Assembly (NCBI GenBank): GCA_002305165.1
Contig: DBQI01000028.1
Coordinates: 6,801-70,800 of the forward strand
Source: Armatimonadetes bacterium UBA1398
GTDB taxonomy: Bacteria > Armatimonadota > Zipacnadia > UBA1398
DNA length: 64,000 nucleotides
Direction: 5' to 3'
Positions 39,517-50,018 of the stretch are shown piece by piece. Position 1 is the first letter of the stretch; each line of letters starts with the position of its first letter. Below the pieces are notes generated by a model that was not told the DNA's origin, did no database searches, and was given only the letters and a program-made list of their open reading frames with translations. The position numbers and the translations under genes are program-made.

Positions 39517-42500
39517 ATGACCCTTGGACTTCTTCTACTGATTGCCGCCCCAAGCCCGCTCGTGCCAGCCATCGCAGCAGCCCCCGACGGGCCCTGGCGC
39601 CTTGAAGGCGACGGCGCCGTGATCGCCGGCGAGGATCCCGTGATCGAGGTGCGTGGCACTGGCGATGACTCCTCGGCGTGGCTTGCTGATGTGGAGCTTG
39701 AGGCGGGCGCGCTCTACCGGTTGACCTTCGACATGCGCGGCACGGGCTCTGGAGTCTGCGCCGTAACGGGCCTGACCAGCGTCAACCACGACGTGGGGCC
39801 CACTACCGAGTGGCGGACCTACAGCCGGCTGATACGCGTGCCTGATGCCGACCTCGGAGGAGCCGCCGACGTGGCGGGGTCGGAGGCGCCGCCCGCGGGG
39901 CTGGTGACACTCCGGTTCGGGCAATGGCACTGGCGGGGCGCGATACAGTTCCGGCGTCTCCACCTCGCCCCCGCCCGGCCGGTTCACACAGGGCCCGCTG
40001 GCCTGGGCGACGGCGAGCGGATCCTGGATGGCGAGTACTCCTTCATGACCGACTTCTCCTCCGAGGGCGCGAGCTACTCGCGGCCGTTGGATGGCTGTCG
40101 TGCCACGTTCAACACGAACCGGTTCAATCTCGATGATGCCGCTGAGGTCACGTATCGCTTCTCCTGTCCCGACATCCGGCAGACCTCCGCCACCCTCCGC
40201 GCCCAGGTGGGCTACCACACATCGGGGGGCCTCGTGGCGGAGGCCCGCTCCTCCGGTGATGACTGGCTTGAGGTGGGGCAGATCGAGGGAGTGGGAAGTC
40301 TTTCCGCTGACCTTCCGCCGGCCCTGTTCCCCGCCGATCAGGTGCTCCTGCGGTTCCGAACCACTGATGGGGCCTACCTGCAGCTCCACGGCGTCGAGTA
40401 CCGGGCGGAGCTAGCCGCTAAGGATGCGTCCGGCGTCGGCAGCACCCTGTACGTCGAGGAGAGTGGCGGCCCGTCGCCGGTCGAGACCCAGTGGATCGCG
40501 GCAGGGCCCTCGGAGATCATCCTGTCCTTCTCCCACGACGGGCGTCGGCCCATGGGGGCCAACCTCGAGGTGGATCTGGCCGAGGAGACGATCGTCGATG
40601 AGCGCCTCGTGCTTCCACCGAGAGAGGAGGTCCTGCGCGCCATACCACTTCCCGGGACTGAAGCGGGCGCTCATCCTCTGGCCGTAACCGTCCGGGTGGG
40701 GCCGGACATCGTCTACCAAGGGGTCACCACTATCACGACGTCCGCGCTCGACGTGTCGAACTACGGACACGGACTCGTGAGCGCCGACGGCGGATCCTTG
40801 TGGTGGTGCGACTCAACGCGCAAGGTATCGACGAGCCGGCCCCCGGCGCCGGTGGCGGCGGAGCCAGTGGCGCCGGCTCTCTCAGCGGCCCGAGGTGAGT
40901 TCGAGGCCCTGCAGCTCGTCCTCCGCCCCGAGTCTCCCGTGACTGGCGTGCAGGTCAGCGTGACGGACCTCACCGGTCCCGGCGGCGTCATCGATGCCGG
41001 GAGCATCGCTATCGAACATGTCGAGTATGTCAACATCACGCGGCGCACCGATCCCACGGGAGTCGAGGGCGAGTGGCCTGATCCCCTGCCGCCGTATGAT
41101 GGAGCCTTCGACCTGACAGCAGGGCGCAACCATCCCCTGTGGATCCGCGTGCACGTGCCCTACGGCACCCCTGCAGGCGAGTACACGGGCACGCTGAGCA
41201 TCGAGGCGGAAGCAGGCGCACCGCCCTTTGATGAGCGGATCGAGGTGCCGCTCTCCATGCGTGTCTTCGACTTCGACTTGCCCCAGGCTCAAGACCTCAC
41301 GGCGACCTTCGGCATCAACCCGAGCGAGATCTGGCGCTACCACAACGTATGGGACCGGGCGGAGCAGGAGGCCGTCTGGGATCTCTACATGCGCAACTTC
41401 ATCGAACACCGGATCGCCCCCTACGATCCCATGGCGCTCTGGCCCATCCGCCTTACCATGGAGGGCATGGAGTGGTCGGCAGTGGAGCGCGACACCAGCA
41501 ATCCGGCGAGCGGCGCTGCATCGGCGAAGGTGACCGATGACACAACCACCGGCGCGACCAGCGTGGACCTCCTGCAACCAAAGGGAGTCGACCGCGAGAA
41601 GCCCCTCCTCGTCGAGTGGAGCGTCCGCACCGCGGAGGAGGGGCAGTCCTACCAGGTCAGCGTCATGAGCTACGACGCCAGCGGCTCTTGGATCCCCTAC
41701 CACAACATCGATGTCACGAAGCAAGGGGGCACTGAGTGGCAGCGTGATCGGTTCCAGATCGAGCCTGGGACGCTGCATCAGGATGCGCGCGCCGTTACGC
41801 TCGTGCTGCGGCCCACACCCTGGACGGAGGCGGGCGAAAGGACGGGCACGGCATGGTTCGACGACTTGTACCTCGGCGAGCCCGCAGGCGCTAATCTCCT
41901 CACAGATGCTGGTTTCGAGCCGTCGGAGGGGCTGCCCACCCCGGTTCTCGACTTCGACGAGTGGGATCGCGCCGCTGAGCGGTACATCGACGAGATGGGC
42001 ATGGCGGCCTTCTCCATAGCCATCCAGGGCATGGGAACGGGGACCTTCCATTCGCGCCAGCTTGGGCAACTGGGAGGGTACACGGCGGGCACTCCCGAGT
42101 ATGAGCGGATCTTCAGTGCTTACGTGGGACAGATCCGGCAGCACTTGGCGGAGAAGGGTTGGCTCGACAAGGCCTTCGTCTACTGGTTCGACGAGCCCGA
42201 GCCGAAGGACTACGAGTTCGTCATCGATGGCATGGACCGTCTGGCTCGTCACGCTCCCGGGCTTCGGCGGATGCTCACCGAGCAGGTGGAGCAGGAGCTC
42301 ATCGGCTATGTGGACGTCTGGTGCCCGCTCACGCCACAGCTGGAATCCGATCTTACTGATGATCGTATGGCCGCCGGGGACACCTTCTGGTGGTATGTCT
42401 GCACAGGTCCCAAGGCGCCTTGGGCCACCCTCTTCATCGATCACCCGGCCACGGAGCTCAGGGTCTGGTCGTGGCAGACTTACCAACACGGGGTCCGTGG

Positions 42501-42933
42501 TCTCCTCGTCTGGGCCACGAACTATTGGACCTCCGGCGCCGCCTACCCGGACCAGCCCCAGAACCCGTGGGAGGACCCCATGAGCTACGTGTCCGGCTAC
42601 AGCTTCCAGGCTGGGGACGTCGGCTACTGGGGCAACGGCGACGGCCGATTCATCTACCCGCCCAACCGCGATCCCCTCGACACGGAGACCAAGTACCTCA
42701 CCGGCCCCGTGAACTCCCTGAGGTGGGAGATGCTGCGCGATGGGATCGAGGACTACGAGTACCTGCGGATCCTGGAGGGGCTCGCAGTTGCGGCGAACGA
42801 CGCCGAGGCCCTGGCGCTGCTCGAGATCCCTGAGGAGATCAGTGCAAGCCTGACCCAGTTCGCGACGGACTCTACGCCCATCTACGAGCACCGGCTCAAG
42901 GTCGCAGAGGCCATCGAGCGGCTCAGCAGGTAG
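39517..42933 (+). CDS. Large secreted DUF4091 (GH123-like C-terminus) glycoside hydrolase-like protein
   Basis: AARGEFEALQL, WPDPLPP, YWFDEP, WWYVC, GDGRFIYP and SLRWEMLRDGIEDYEY motifs. Confidence 0.8.
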   Translation: MTLGLLLLIAAPSPLVPAIAAAPDGPWRLEGDGAVIAGEDPVIEVRGTGDDSSAWLADVELEAGALYRLTFDMRGTGSGVCAVTGLTSVNHDVGPTTEWRTYSRLIRVPDADLGGAADVAGSEAPPAGLVTLRFGQWHWRGAIQFRRLHLAPARPVHTGPAGLGDGERILDGEYSFMTDFSSEGASYSRPLDGCRATFNTNRFNLDDAAEVTYRFSCPDIRQTSATLRAQVGYHTSGGLVAEARSSGDDWLEVGQIEGVGSLSADLPPALFPADQVLLRFRTTDGAYLQLHGVEYRAELAAKDASGVGSTLYVEESGGPSPVETQWIAAGPSEIILSFSHDGRRPMGANLEVDLAEETIVDERLVLPPREEVLRAIPLPGTEAGAHPLAVTVRVGPDIVYQGVTTITTSALDVSNYGHGLVSADGGSLWWCDSTRKVSTSRPPAPVAAEPVAPALSAARGEFEALQLVLRPESPVTGVQVSVTDLTGPGGVIDAGSIAIEHVEYVNITRRTDPTGVEGEWPDPLPPYDGAFDLTAGRNHPLWIRVHVPYGTPAGEYTGTLSIEAEAGAPPFDERIEVPLSMRVFDFDLPQAQDLTATFGINPSEIWRYHNVWDRAEQEAVWDLYMRNFIEHRIAPYDPMALWPIRLTMEGMEWSAVERDTSNPASGAASAKVTDDTTTGATSVDLLQPKGVDREKPLLVEWSVRTAEEGQSYQVSVMSYDASGSWIPYHNIDVTKQGGTEWQRDRFQIEPGTLHQDARAVTLVLRPTPWTEAGERTGTAWFDDLYLGEPAGANLLTDAGFEPSEGLPTPVLDFDEWDRAAERYIDEMGMAAFSIAIQGMGTGTFHSRQLGQLGGYTAGTPEYERIFSAYVGQIRQHLAEKGWLDKAFVYWFDEPEPKDYEFVIDGMDRLARHAPGLRRMLTEQVEQELIGYVDVWCPLTPQLESDLTDDRMAAGDTFWWYVCTGPKAPWATLFIDHPATELRVWSWQTYQHGVRGLLVWATNYWTSGAAYPDQPQNPWEDPMSYVSGYSFQAGDVGYWGNGDGRFIYPPNRDPLDTETKYLTGPVNSLRWEMLRDGIEDYEYLRILEGLAVAANDAEALALLEIPEEISASLTQFATDSTPIYEHRLKVAEAIERLSR

Positions 42934-43900
42934 ACCAATCGAACACGTACGTGAGGACCTCGCCCCGGTGGTGCACTAGGTTCTGGTAAGCCTCCTGACA
43001 TCGCCGGGGCGAGGTGACCTCGTAGAGTCCGCTGACGTCGACCCGTCCCCGGGCGAGCCATTCCATGGCCGCCGCGAAGTTGCCGTAGATGCTCCCACGG
43101 CGGAACTCCTGGGGCTGGAGGGGTACCTCCCACTCCCATCCGCTGCGAACGGTTACGTACTGGTGGAAGACGGCGTGGAGCAGATCGTGGGCGGGGGTGT
43201 CGGCGGTGCGCTTCCAGGGCACCCCAACCAGGATCATCTCGCCGCCCTTGCGGACCGCTCTGCACGCGTCTACCGCCGCCGGCTCGGTGCCGGAGCACTC
43301 CAGCGCGAGGCCGATCTGGCCGGCGAATGCCGGATCCTCGCACGGCACACCCTCCAGCGCGACAGCCACGCCCTTCGCCCTTGCCCGCGCGCGCCGAGCC
43401 TCATCGGGGTCACACCCGATGACCCGGTATCCGGTCGAGTCGAAGATCATGGCGCCGAGAAGCCCTACGATGCCCAGTCCCGTCACCAGCACCCCGTCGG
43501 GGGGACGTGCCGCCGTCGTCGTCAGGGCCGACATGGTGATCCCCATCAGGCGGCAGAAGACGGCGACCTCGGGGGCCAGCCCCTCGGGCACGGGCCGTGT
43601 CTCGATAGCCTCCACTCTCTGCCAGCTCCGATGCTGCCCCTGAGCGAAGACCCGGTCGCCCGGGCGGACCCCCTGGACCCCCTCCCCCACCCGCTCGACC
43701 TCAAGGATCGCGGCATATCCCTGGGTGTTCGGAAAGGGGCCGTTTCGGTAGCCCCAGTTCATCTCGGTTCCCGGGCTGATGAGCGAGACGAGCGTACGGC
43801 CTTCGATCTGGCTGGCCGAAAGAGCGGCCTGAGGCCGCTCGCAGGGTGCTAGCTCGGCCTCGAAGGGGGCCACGTTGGCGACACACCACTCTTGGGCCAT
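42923..43900 (-). CDS. MDR-family (zinc-binding-like) alcohol dehydrogenase
   Basis: SLISPGTE, GY...VERVG, VLVTGLGIVG and ALECSG motifs. Confidence 0.85.
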   Translation of the reverse strand: MAQEWCVANVAPFEAELAPCERPQAALSASQIEGRTLVSLISPGTEMNWGYRNGPFPNTQGYAAILEVERVGEGVQGVRPGDRVFAQGQHRSWQRVEAIETRPVPEGLAPEVAVFCRLMGITMSALTTTAARPPDGVLVTGLGIVGLLGAMIFDSTGYRVIGCDPDEARRARARAKGVAVALEGVPCEDPAFAGQIGLALECSGTEPAAVDACRAVRKGGEMILVGVPWKRTADTPAHDLLHAVFHQYVTVRSGWEWEVPLQPQEFRRGSIYGNFAAAMEWLARGRVDVSGLYEVTSPRRCQEAYQNLVHHRGEVLTYVFDWSTC

Positions 43901-44736
43901 CAGACGAAGGTCACCCCGATCTCCTCTGCCACTGCGCGGATGTGCGCGATGGCCGCGTCGTACTGCTCGGGCGTCTGGAGATGCTCCACCATCAGCGGAG
44001 TGTCGGGGTCTAGGTCGTTCAGTGCCCCAAGGAGTGCCGCATAGTCCAGATTGCCCTCGCCGGGTAGACACTCGTCGAGATGCAGGGTGAGTTGGGGCCG
44101 GATGACGATGTCCTTGGCATGGCAGCTGCGGATGTGAGGCCCCAGCCGATCCACGAAGTCCGTGATGAATGTCCCCGAGCCGTAGTACCGGTAGGGGCTG
44201 TTGATCATGTTGACGGGATCGAAGTGCACCGCGAACCTCGGCCTGTCGATGGCCCGGAGCAGGCTCTCACAGTCTTCCGCGGAGGTGGGATACAGATAGG
44301 GCATGCACTCGAGAGTGTAGTCGGCGCGCTCGGGCGACACGGCATCGATGATCTCCTGCACCGAGGCCACGACGAGGTCGAATGTGCCTGCCGTCATGTT
44401 GGCATCATCAGGCCCGTCCCACTGCTGGCCGATGGCTCCGGAGATGTTCACGCAGCATCGGGCCCCGATCCGCTCTGCCAGGTCTAGCTGCCTCTTGCAC
44501 AGGTCCATCGCCGCCGTGCGCGTCGCCTTATCCTGGCTCAGCGGGTTGCTCCAAGCTCCCACCTCAGCGATGACGATCCCGACTTCTGCCGCGGCCTCGG
44601 AGTAGGCCGCAACCGTCCCCGCGTCCGCGTCATGGCCGATGGGACAGTATGCCGCTCCGTACCCTCGAACCACGTGGGCCTTCGCCCATAGCCCCGGAGT
44701 GCTCACGTCGCCGAACACCGGTGCGCCCAGTCTCAT
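43900..44736 (-). CDS. Sugar phosphate isomerase/epimerase (TIM barrel)
   Basis: IAEVGAWSNP, YTLECMP, HFDPVN, CHAKD and LMVEH motifs. Confidence 0.88.
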   Translation of the reverse strand: MRLGAPVFGDVSTPGLWAKAHVVRGYGAAYCPIGHDADAGTVAAYSEAAAEVGIVIAEVGAWSNPLSQDKATRTAAMDLCKRQLDLAERIGARCCVNISGAIGQQWDGPDDANMTAGTFDLVVASVQEIIDAVSPERADYTLECMPYLYPTSAEDCESLLRAIDRPRFAVHFDPVNMINSPYRYYGSGTFITDFVDRLGPHIRSCHAKDIVIRPQLTLHLDECLPGEGNLDYAALLGALNDLDPDTPLMVEHLQTPEQYDAAIAHIRAVAEEIGVTFV

Positions 44737-44821
44737 TCGCGGGTTCCTCCATCCGACGGGCGCAGCGCGCGCCCCGTGCTGACGTGCGCCACGAGGCGCG
44801 CGAACTCCTGCCTGCGGAGGT

Positions 44822-46963
44822 CTACCGGCCCGGCGGAGCAGGAGGGGGGCCGATCCGCTCCATTTGAGCGATCAGCCTCGCCCTGAGGGCCGGGTCCATG
44901 CTCTCAGTCGCCGAGCGGCTGGCCGCGGAATCGGGGTCGGGGAGGTCTATGCCCCGCCACACCAACTCCAGGTCATCCTTGTAGGAGTATACCCACACTG
45001 AATGGTAGGGCGGGATACGATCGCGAGCGATACCGGTGTCCAATTCGCGGTCAGCCACCTGCTCGTAACGCTCGATGTCTGGGTTCCAGATGTACGCGAA
45101 GCCCGCGATGTAGTAGGTGTCCCAAGCCTGCTCCAGCGAGCCTAGGGGCTCTCCCGTGCTCCTTACACGCACCTTTATGGCATCGGCGTCCCATACCATG
45201 GCGCGGTCGTAGGGATTGCCCAGGAGGCTCCAGCCGGCGTCGACGGGCACGGAGACATACTCGGACGGCACGGCTCGGTAGCGCATGTCGAACAGCGCGT
45301 TCACCGGGGTCTCGAGGTAAGCGAAGAAGCCGCCTGCCGCAGTGAGACGATCGGTCGGCAGCCAATCCTGGCCCACTGGGTTCCAGCTCAAGAGGTTGCA
45401 CGGGGCGGTCAGGAAGACATCCTCCGGCAGGGCGTCAACGGGCGAGCCCATCTGCACCCATCCCGAGGCCAATCCAGGGCGCACGGTGATCGCTCCGCTG
45501 GGAGGCGGGGAATCGTCCTCGCCCTCACCGGGATCCCATGGATCCGGCGCCTCGTACTCGCCACCGCTGAGGACCCTCAGCGCATGGTCGACCTGTATCA
45601 GCCCATAGCCGTAGGTCTGGTCCTTGCCCGACGGACCTAGGTCGAGGCACGACTCGCGGAAGATGCCCCGCACGGCCTCCGTGTTGTTCGGCGCATTCAG
45701 GCCGTAGGAGAAGAGCATCGCTACGGCTCCGGTGACATGGGGAGTCGCCATGCTCGTGCCCTGGAGGTACACGAAGTCGAACTCCGTGGGGTCCGGGAGA
45801 ATGCTCGTGATACTCTTCAGCGTCTGCTGCAGAATCCCGTCCGGTCGGCCATCGCTGTCCAGGTCGGCGTCCGTGTCGCCTCCCGGAGCAACCACATCGA
45901 CCTCCGGGCCCCGGTTCGAGTAACGCGTCACGTCATTGCGTCGGTCCGTTGCCCCCACACAGATGGTGGTGTTGTAGCCTGCGGGGTAGCCTACCTCGGC
46001 GCCGTCGTTGCCCGACGCCGCGACGACCACCACGTTCCTGTCGTACGCATACTGGCAGGCCTCGCGCATCGTCATATCGGGCGTCGGGCCGCCCAGGCTA
46101 AGGTTGATGACATTGGCGCCATTGTCGACAGCGTATCGGATGCCCGCCGCGACGTCATAGCTGGTGCCCCCACCCATCATGTCGAGGACTTTGATCGGCA
46201 TTATCGTCACGTGGGGAGCGACCCCGACTACGCCGAGGCCGTTGTCCGTGCTCTGAGCGATCGTTCCCGTCACGTGCGTGCCGTGGCCCTGATCGTCGAT
46301 CGCGTAGCTGTCTCCATGCACGAAGTCGTAGCCCGTTGTGAACCGCGTTGAGCCCAAGTCAGGCGCCTTGCGGAATAGGCCGACGTCCGCGTACGCGACG
46401 CCTGTATCCACAACGGCGACGACCACGTTGGCGCTACCGCCACCATAGGCGGCCCAGGCCTCGGGAACTCGGATGGCTCGCATGTTCCATTGGCGCGAGA
46501 AGAGGGGGTCGTTCACGTTGGGGAAGGCCCCGACCGTGGCGTCCACGCACGTCGTAATCAGGAGATTCGGCTCGACGTACTCGACATCTGCCATTCCCGC
46601 GTACTGCGTCATGATCGACAGAAGCGTGGTGGCCTCAGGCACCTCCAGTAACTGCAGCAACCCGCCCAGGAGGCTGTCGAGTTGGCGGACGCCCGTCTCG
46701 TCTCGGATCGCCGCCATCTCGGCGCCGCTCGTGCCGTCTTTGAACCGGACGATCATCTGCCTGGGCACGAGGTAATCCTCGTACTGGGTGAATAGCGATG
46801 ACAGAGAGGTCCCCGAGTGGGTCTCTCCGGGTAGAGGCGGATCCCCCACCGTGCTCGGCTGGATGAATGCGGTGCCACACCCAGACGCTAGCAGTGCTGC
46901 AAGGAGGAACGCCGCCACTCCGAGGCTCGCGAACGGCGTAGTCCGACGGGAGCTGCGTAGCAT
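44822..46963 (-). CDS. S8 subtilisin-like serine peptidase (lipoprotein)
   Basis: Lipobox LASGC; catalytic triad VAVVDTG / HGTHVTG / GTSMATPHV; C-terminal GWSLLGNPY domain. Confidence 0.92.
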   Translation of the reverse strand: MLRSSRRTTPFASLGVAAFLLAALLASGCGTAFIQPSTVGDPPLPGETHSGTSLSSLFTQYEDYLVPRQMIVRFKDGTSGAEMAAIRDETGVRQLDSLLGGLLQLLEVPEATTLLSIMTQYAGMADVEYVEPNLLITTCVDATVGAFPNVNDPLFSRQWNMRAIRVPEAWAAYGGGSANVVVAVVDTGVAYADVGLFRKAPDLGSTRFTTGYDFVHGDSYAIDDQGHGTHVTGTIAQSTDNGLGVVGVAPHVTIMPIKVLDMMGGGTSYDVAAGIRYAVDNGANVINLSLGGPTPDMTMREACQYAYDRNVVVVAASGNDGAEVGYPAGYNTTICVGATDRRNDVTRYSNRGPEVDVVAPGGDTDADLDSDGRPDGILQQTLKSITSILPDPTEFDFVYLQGTSMATPHVTGAVAMLFSYGLNAPNNTEAVRGIFRESCLDLGPSGKDQTYGYGLIQVDHALRVLSGGEYEAPDPWDPGEGEDDSPPPSGAITVRPGLASGWVQMGSPVDALPEDVFLTAPCNLLSWNPVGQDWLPTDRLTAAGGFFAYLETPVNALFDMRYRAVPSEYVSVPVDAGWSLLGNPYDRAMVWDADAIKVRVRSTGEPLGSLEQAWDTYYIAGFAYIWNPDIERYEQVADRELDTGIARDRIPPYHSVWVYSYKDDLELVWRGIDLPDPDSAASRSATESMDPALRARLIAQMERIGPPPAPPGR

Positions 46964-47100
46964 GTGCTATACCCTCTTTCCCCCGGCCAGCGCTCACGCG
47001 GTATCTGGCCGTCCAGAGTGATTCACGGACGCTGGAGCCACTGATGGCGTTCCGCGTGGGCGGCTGATCCCCCTACGCAACGCCGGGCCACTTGGTCGCG

Positions 47101-47129
47101 TTGACGCAGCCCCGGGCCCAGCGTACAGT
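47101..47129 (+). promoter_or_regulatory. Sigma70-type promoter
   Basis: TTGACG-17 nt-TACAGT upstream of GGGAGG and ATG 47149. Confidence 0.55.
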
Positions 47130-47148
47130 GCGTGAGGGAGGCGCTCCG

Positions 47149-48039
47149 ATGCGTCACTGTGCCACGGCCTTCAGCGTCATACTCACACTGTCCATACCCG
47201 CCGCGGGCCAAGGTATCGACTTGACCTTCTTCGGCTGGTCCGATCAGCATATCCAGGCTAACGGCGACTGGGCCCACTGCCAACCCGCCATCGAGGCCAT
47301 GCTGGAGCTGGCCGGCACCCCCTACCCCGAGTCCATCGGAGGTGTCGTGGCGGAGCCCGCTTTCATCATCAGTGCTGGCGATACCACGGAGTGGCCCACC
47401 CATGCTGCCGTTGAGTCCTACCGCGAGATGACGGCGCTTCTCCCCTGGCCCACCTACGAGCTTGCCGGCAACCACGATGACGGCGGTGCGGTGCCGAGTG
47501 AGACCTTCCTCAACTACGTGCGCGAGAAGCACGGCAGCCTCGACTACGCCTTTGACGCCGGAGGGGTCCACTTCAGCTGCCTCTTCACCTCCCTGGAGCG
47601 CGGGACCGACAACCCAGCCGGACCCGTGTTCCCCGAGCAACTGGCGCACCTGCGCGCCGATCTAGCGGGGCAGAGCGCTTCGACGCCTGTCGTTGTCGCC
47701 ATGCACCACTGCTCCGACTCCCTCACCAACATGCCCGAGGTGCTCGCGGCCATGGCTGGGAGGCGGGTCATCCTCGTGCTGGGAGGCCACTATCACAAGC
47801 CTGTGCTGACGGTACATGGCGGCATACCATTCCACCAGCTCCCCTCGCCAAAGAGCGACATCCCCGCCGTCACCGTGTTCCGAGTTACGGATGAACGCCT
47901 GGTAGGGGTCACCTGGGACTACGCCAACAGCGCATGGCTAGACACCCCCGTGCTCGATGTTCCCCTCCAAACGCCGGCCCCCGGCGAGGCGGGCGCGTCG
48001 GAGGAGGATGCTGGCCCGGAAGGAGCTGCCCAGTCGTGA
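47149..48039 (+). CDS. Secreted metallophosphoesterase
   Basis: SDQH, AGDTT, GNHD, MHH and GGHYH motifs. Confidence 0.88.
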   Translation: MRHCATAFSVILTLSIPAAGQGIDLTFFGWSDQHIQANGDWAHCQPAIEAMLELAGTPYPESIGGVVAEPAFIISAGDTTEWPTHAAVESYREMTALLPWPTYELAGNHDDGGAVPSETFLNYVREKHGSLDYAFDAGGVHFSCLFTSLERGTDNPAGPVFPEQLAHLRADLAGQSASTPVVVAMHHCSDSLTNMPEVLAAMAGRRVILVLGGHYHKPVLTVHGGIPFHQLPSPKSDIPAVTVFRVTDERLVGVTWDYANSAWLDTPVLDVPLQTPAPGEAGASEEDAGPEGAAQS

Positions 48040-48593
48040 ACGCCGTGTCAAGACTATCGGATGCAAGCACGAGCCTCCTACTGGTCATCGACCTGCAGGA
48101 GAGACTGCTGCCGCGGATCCACGAGTCCGAGCGCGTTGTGGCGCGGTCCGTGCGGCTGATTGAGGGCGCGAGGCTCTTGGGAATCCCGATCCTGGCTACC
48201 GAGCAGTATCCAAAGGGCATCGGCCCGACGGTGGAGCCCGTCAGGTCGCTGCTCGAGGGCGTCCCCACCTTCGCGAAGACGTCATTCGGCGCGCTGGGCG
48301 ATGCTGCCGTTGCCCAGGCGGTGGAGGGTATAGGGCCGCGAACCCTCGTGCTGGTGGGTATCGAGGCCCATGTCTGCATCACTCAGACCGCCCTGCAGGG
48401 GCTCGACGGAGGCATGGACGTCCACGTGGTCACCGATGCGGTCAGCTCCCGCAGTCCTAGCGACCTCGCCGTCGGCCTACAGAGGATGGCCGCCGCCGGA
48501 GCCACCCCCGTGACGAGCGAGATGGCGCTCTATGAGTGGCTGCGCGATGCCGCCTCCCCGTGCTTCAAGGACGTGCTGAAGCTGGTCAAATGA
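48036..48593 (+). CDS. Isochorismatase family hydrolase
   Basis: LLVIDLQERL, TEQYPKG, KTSFG and GIEAHVCI motifs. Confidence 0.92.
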   Translation: MNAVSRLSDASTSLLLVIDLQERLLPRIHESERVVARSVRLIEGARLLGIPILATEQYPKGIGPTVEPVRSLLEGVPTFAKTSFGALGDAAVAQAVEGIGPRTLVLVGIEAHVCITQTALQGLDGGMDVHVVTDAVSSRSPSDLAVGLQRMAAAGATPVTSEMALYEWLRDAASPCFKDVLKLVK

Positions 48594-48604
48594 GAGCACT
48601 GGTG

Positions 48605-48633
48605 TAGACCCGACGGGTGCCCAATGCTATACT
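48605..48633 (+). promoter_or_regulatory. Sigma70-type promoter (extended -10)
   Basis: TAGACC-17 nt-TATACT with TG upstream of the -10. Confidence 0.5.
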
Positions 48634-48718
48634 GAATGTGCTCAATGTTCCCCACTCTGGCGCTGTAATGCCCAGCAACGACGAGGACCTTACTGACTAT
48701 CCGGAGGTCTGTTTTCTC

Positions 48719-49045
48719 ATGCCTGTCTACACCTACCGATGTGACAAATGCCAAGGAACCTTCGAGGTGACCCAGAAGATCGTCGAGGCCCCCTTGAAGA
48801 AGTGCCAGCTCAATGGCTGCCGAGGCCCCGTCAAGCGAGTCATCCATACCCCAGGTGTTATCTTCAAGGGCCAAGGCTTCCATGTGAATGACTACCCGGA
48901 CAGCCGCGGGCGAAAGAAGAGCGATCTGGCCAAGTCGGAGAGAGAGCCTGCCTCGAGTTCCAGCGGATCTGAGGCCAAGAAGGACTCGAAGACCGACACC
49001 AAGTCATCGAAGAAGAGCGACTCGAAGTCCGGCGAGGCTGCTTAG
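48719..49045 (+). CDS. FmdB family zinc-ribbon protein
   Basis: MPVYTYRCDKC..CQLNGC..FKGQGFHVNDY followed by a Ser/Lys tail; GGAGG RBS. Confidence 0.9.
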   Translation: MPVYTYRCDKCQGTFEVTQKIVEAPLKKCQLNGCRGPVKRVIHTPGVIFKGQGFHVNDYPDSRGRKKSDLAKSEREPASSSSGSEAKKDSKTDTKSSKKSDSKSGEAA

Positions 49046-49534
49046 TGAGTCCTTCTCAAATGAGATGGCGAGCAAAAAGGGACAACGGTGGTTTGGCTCG
49101 TAGTAATGCTCATGGGACAGGCAGAGGCACGGAGGCCATCGAGCCAGTCGGAGTTGGAGAAGCAGCGTCTTCGGGCGGGGGCGCTATTCGAGGAGGGCCT
49201 CGGCCCGACCGAGGTCGCTGGCCGACTTGGGTCAGCGTGTCGCCTCGCCGCCCATCGCAGCAAGCTGGTGTGTGCGTACATCACCGACCAGACACACTGG
49301 CTCCGTGTCGAGTCCCTGCCGCCCTACGCACCCGAACTCAACCCCGTGGAGCAGATGTGGGCGAACCTCAGGGCTCGCGCGTTCGCCAACTACGCATCCG
49401 ACGACATCGATCCGGTGGAGCAGCACATCCAGGCGGGCAAGCGCCGGATGCGACGCAGCGACGTGGGCCTGGGCTTCATACAACACGCCGGGCTCCTAAC
49501 GAAGAAGAAACTGCACCATTTGAGAAAGGCTCAT
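49045..49534 (+). mobile_element. Internally deleted IS630-family element
   Basis: Imperfect terminal IRs (TGAGTCCTTCTCAAATG / CATTTGAGAAAGGCTCA); HTH N-terminus joined to LPPYAPELNPVEQMW; TA on the left flank. Confidence 0.75.
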
Positions 49535-50018
49535 TTGGTATCCAGGATCACGACGCAGGGAAGGGCTTCTTCACTGTGGGATCTGGCCAAATGGCTAAGC
49601 TCATCGCAGGCAAACCCCTGTCCCCAGGGGCTGGAGCGGTTTAGCTTCTCAATGCAGGAGGCCGAATGCCCACACAGGCTGCCCCGTGATATGCGCATCC
49701 ACTCATCTTCTACGTACCATCATGCGTTGAGTCGACCCGTGCCTTGTGGCGATCGGGACGGACGACATCGACGAGGCGATGCGGCGGCTGGGGGAGCAGA
49801 GAGCTCGGACGGCGGCGGTGACGGGCGAGGTGGGAGAAGGCGACGCGTCCGGATGAGCGAGGCGGGACTGTGCGAGGCTGGGGCACGGAGGGGCGGAGGG
49901 AGGGGCAGCGCGCAACGCCGCACCTCGTCCGCCCGCCCCCTCCGCGCACTCAACCGAGGCGTTGCCCCCGCACCGCCCCGGCGGCACGGCCGCCCGGGAA
50001 AGCGTGCGGCGCCCCTCG

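Noticed and set aside
49880-49970. GCAACGCC..GGCGTTGC inverted repeat as an integron attC site
   Set aside because: Cores do not fit RYYYAAC/GTTRRRY, it is a single copy, and no integron integrase is present.
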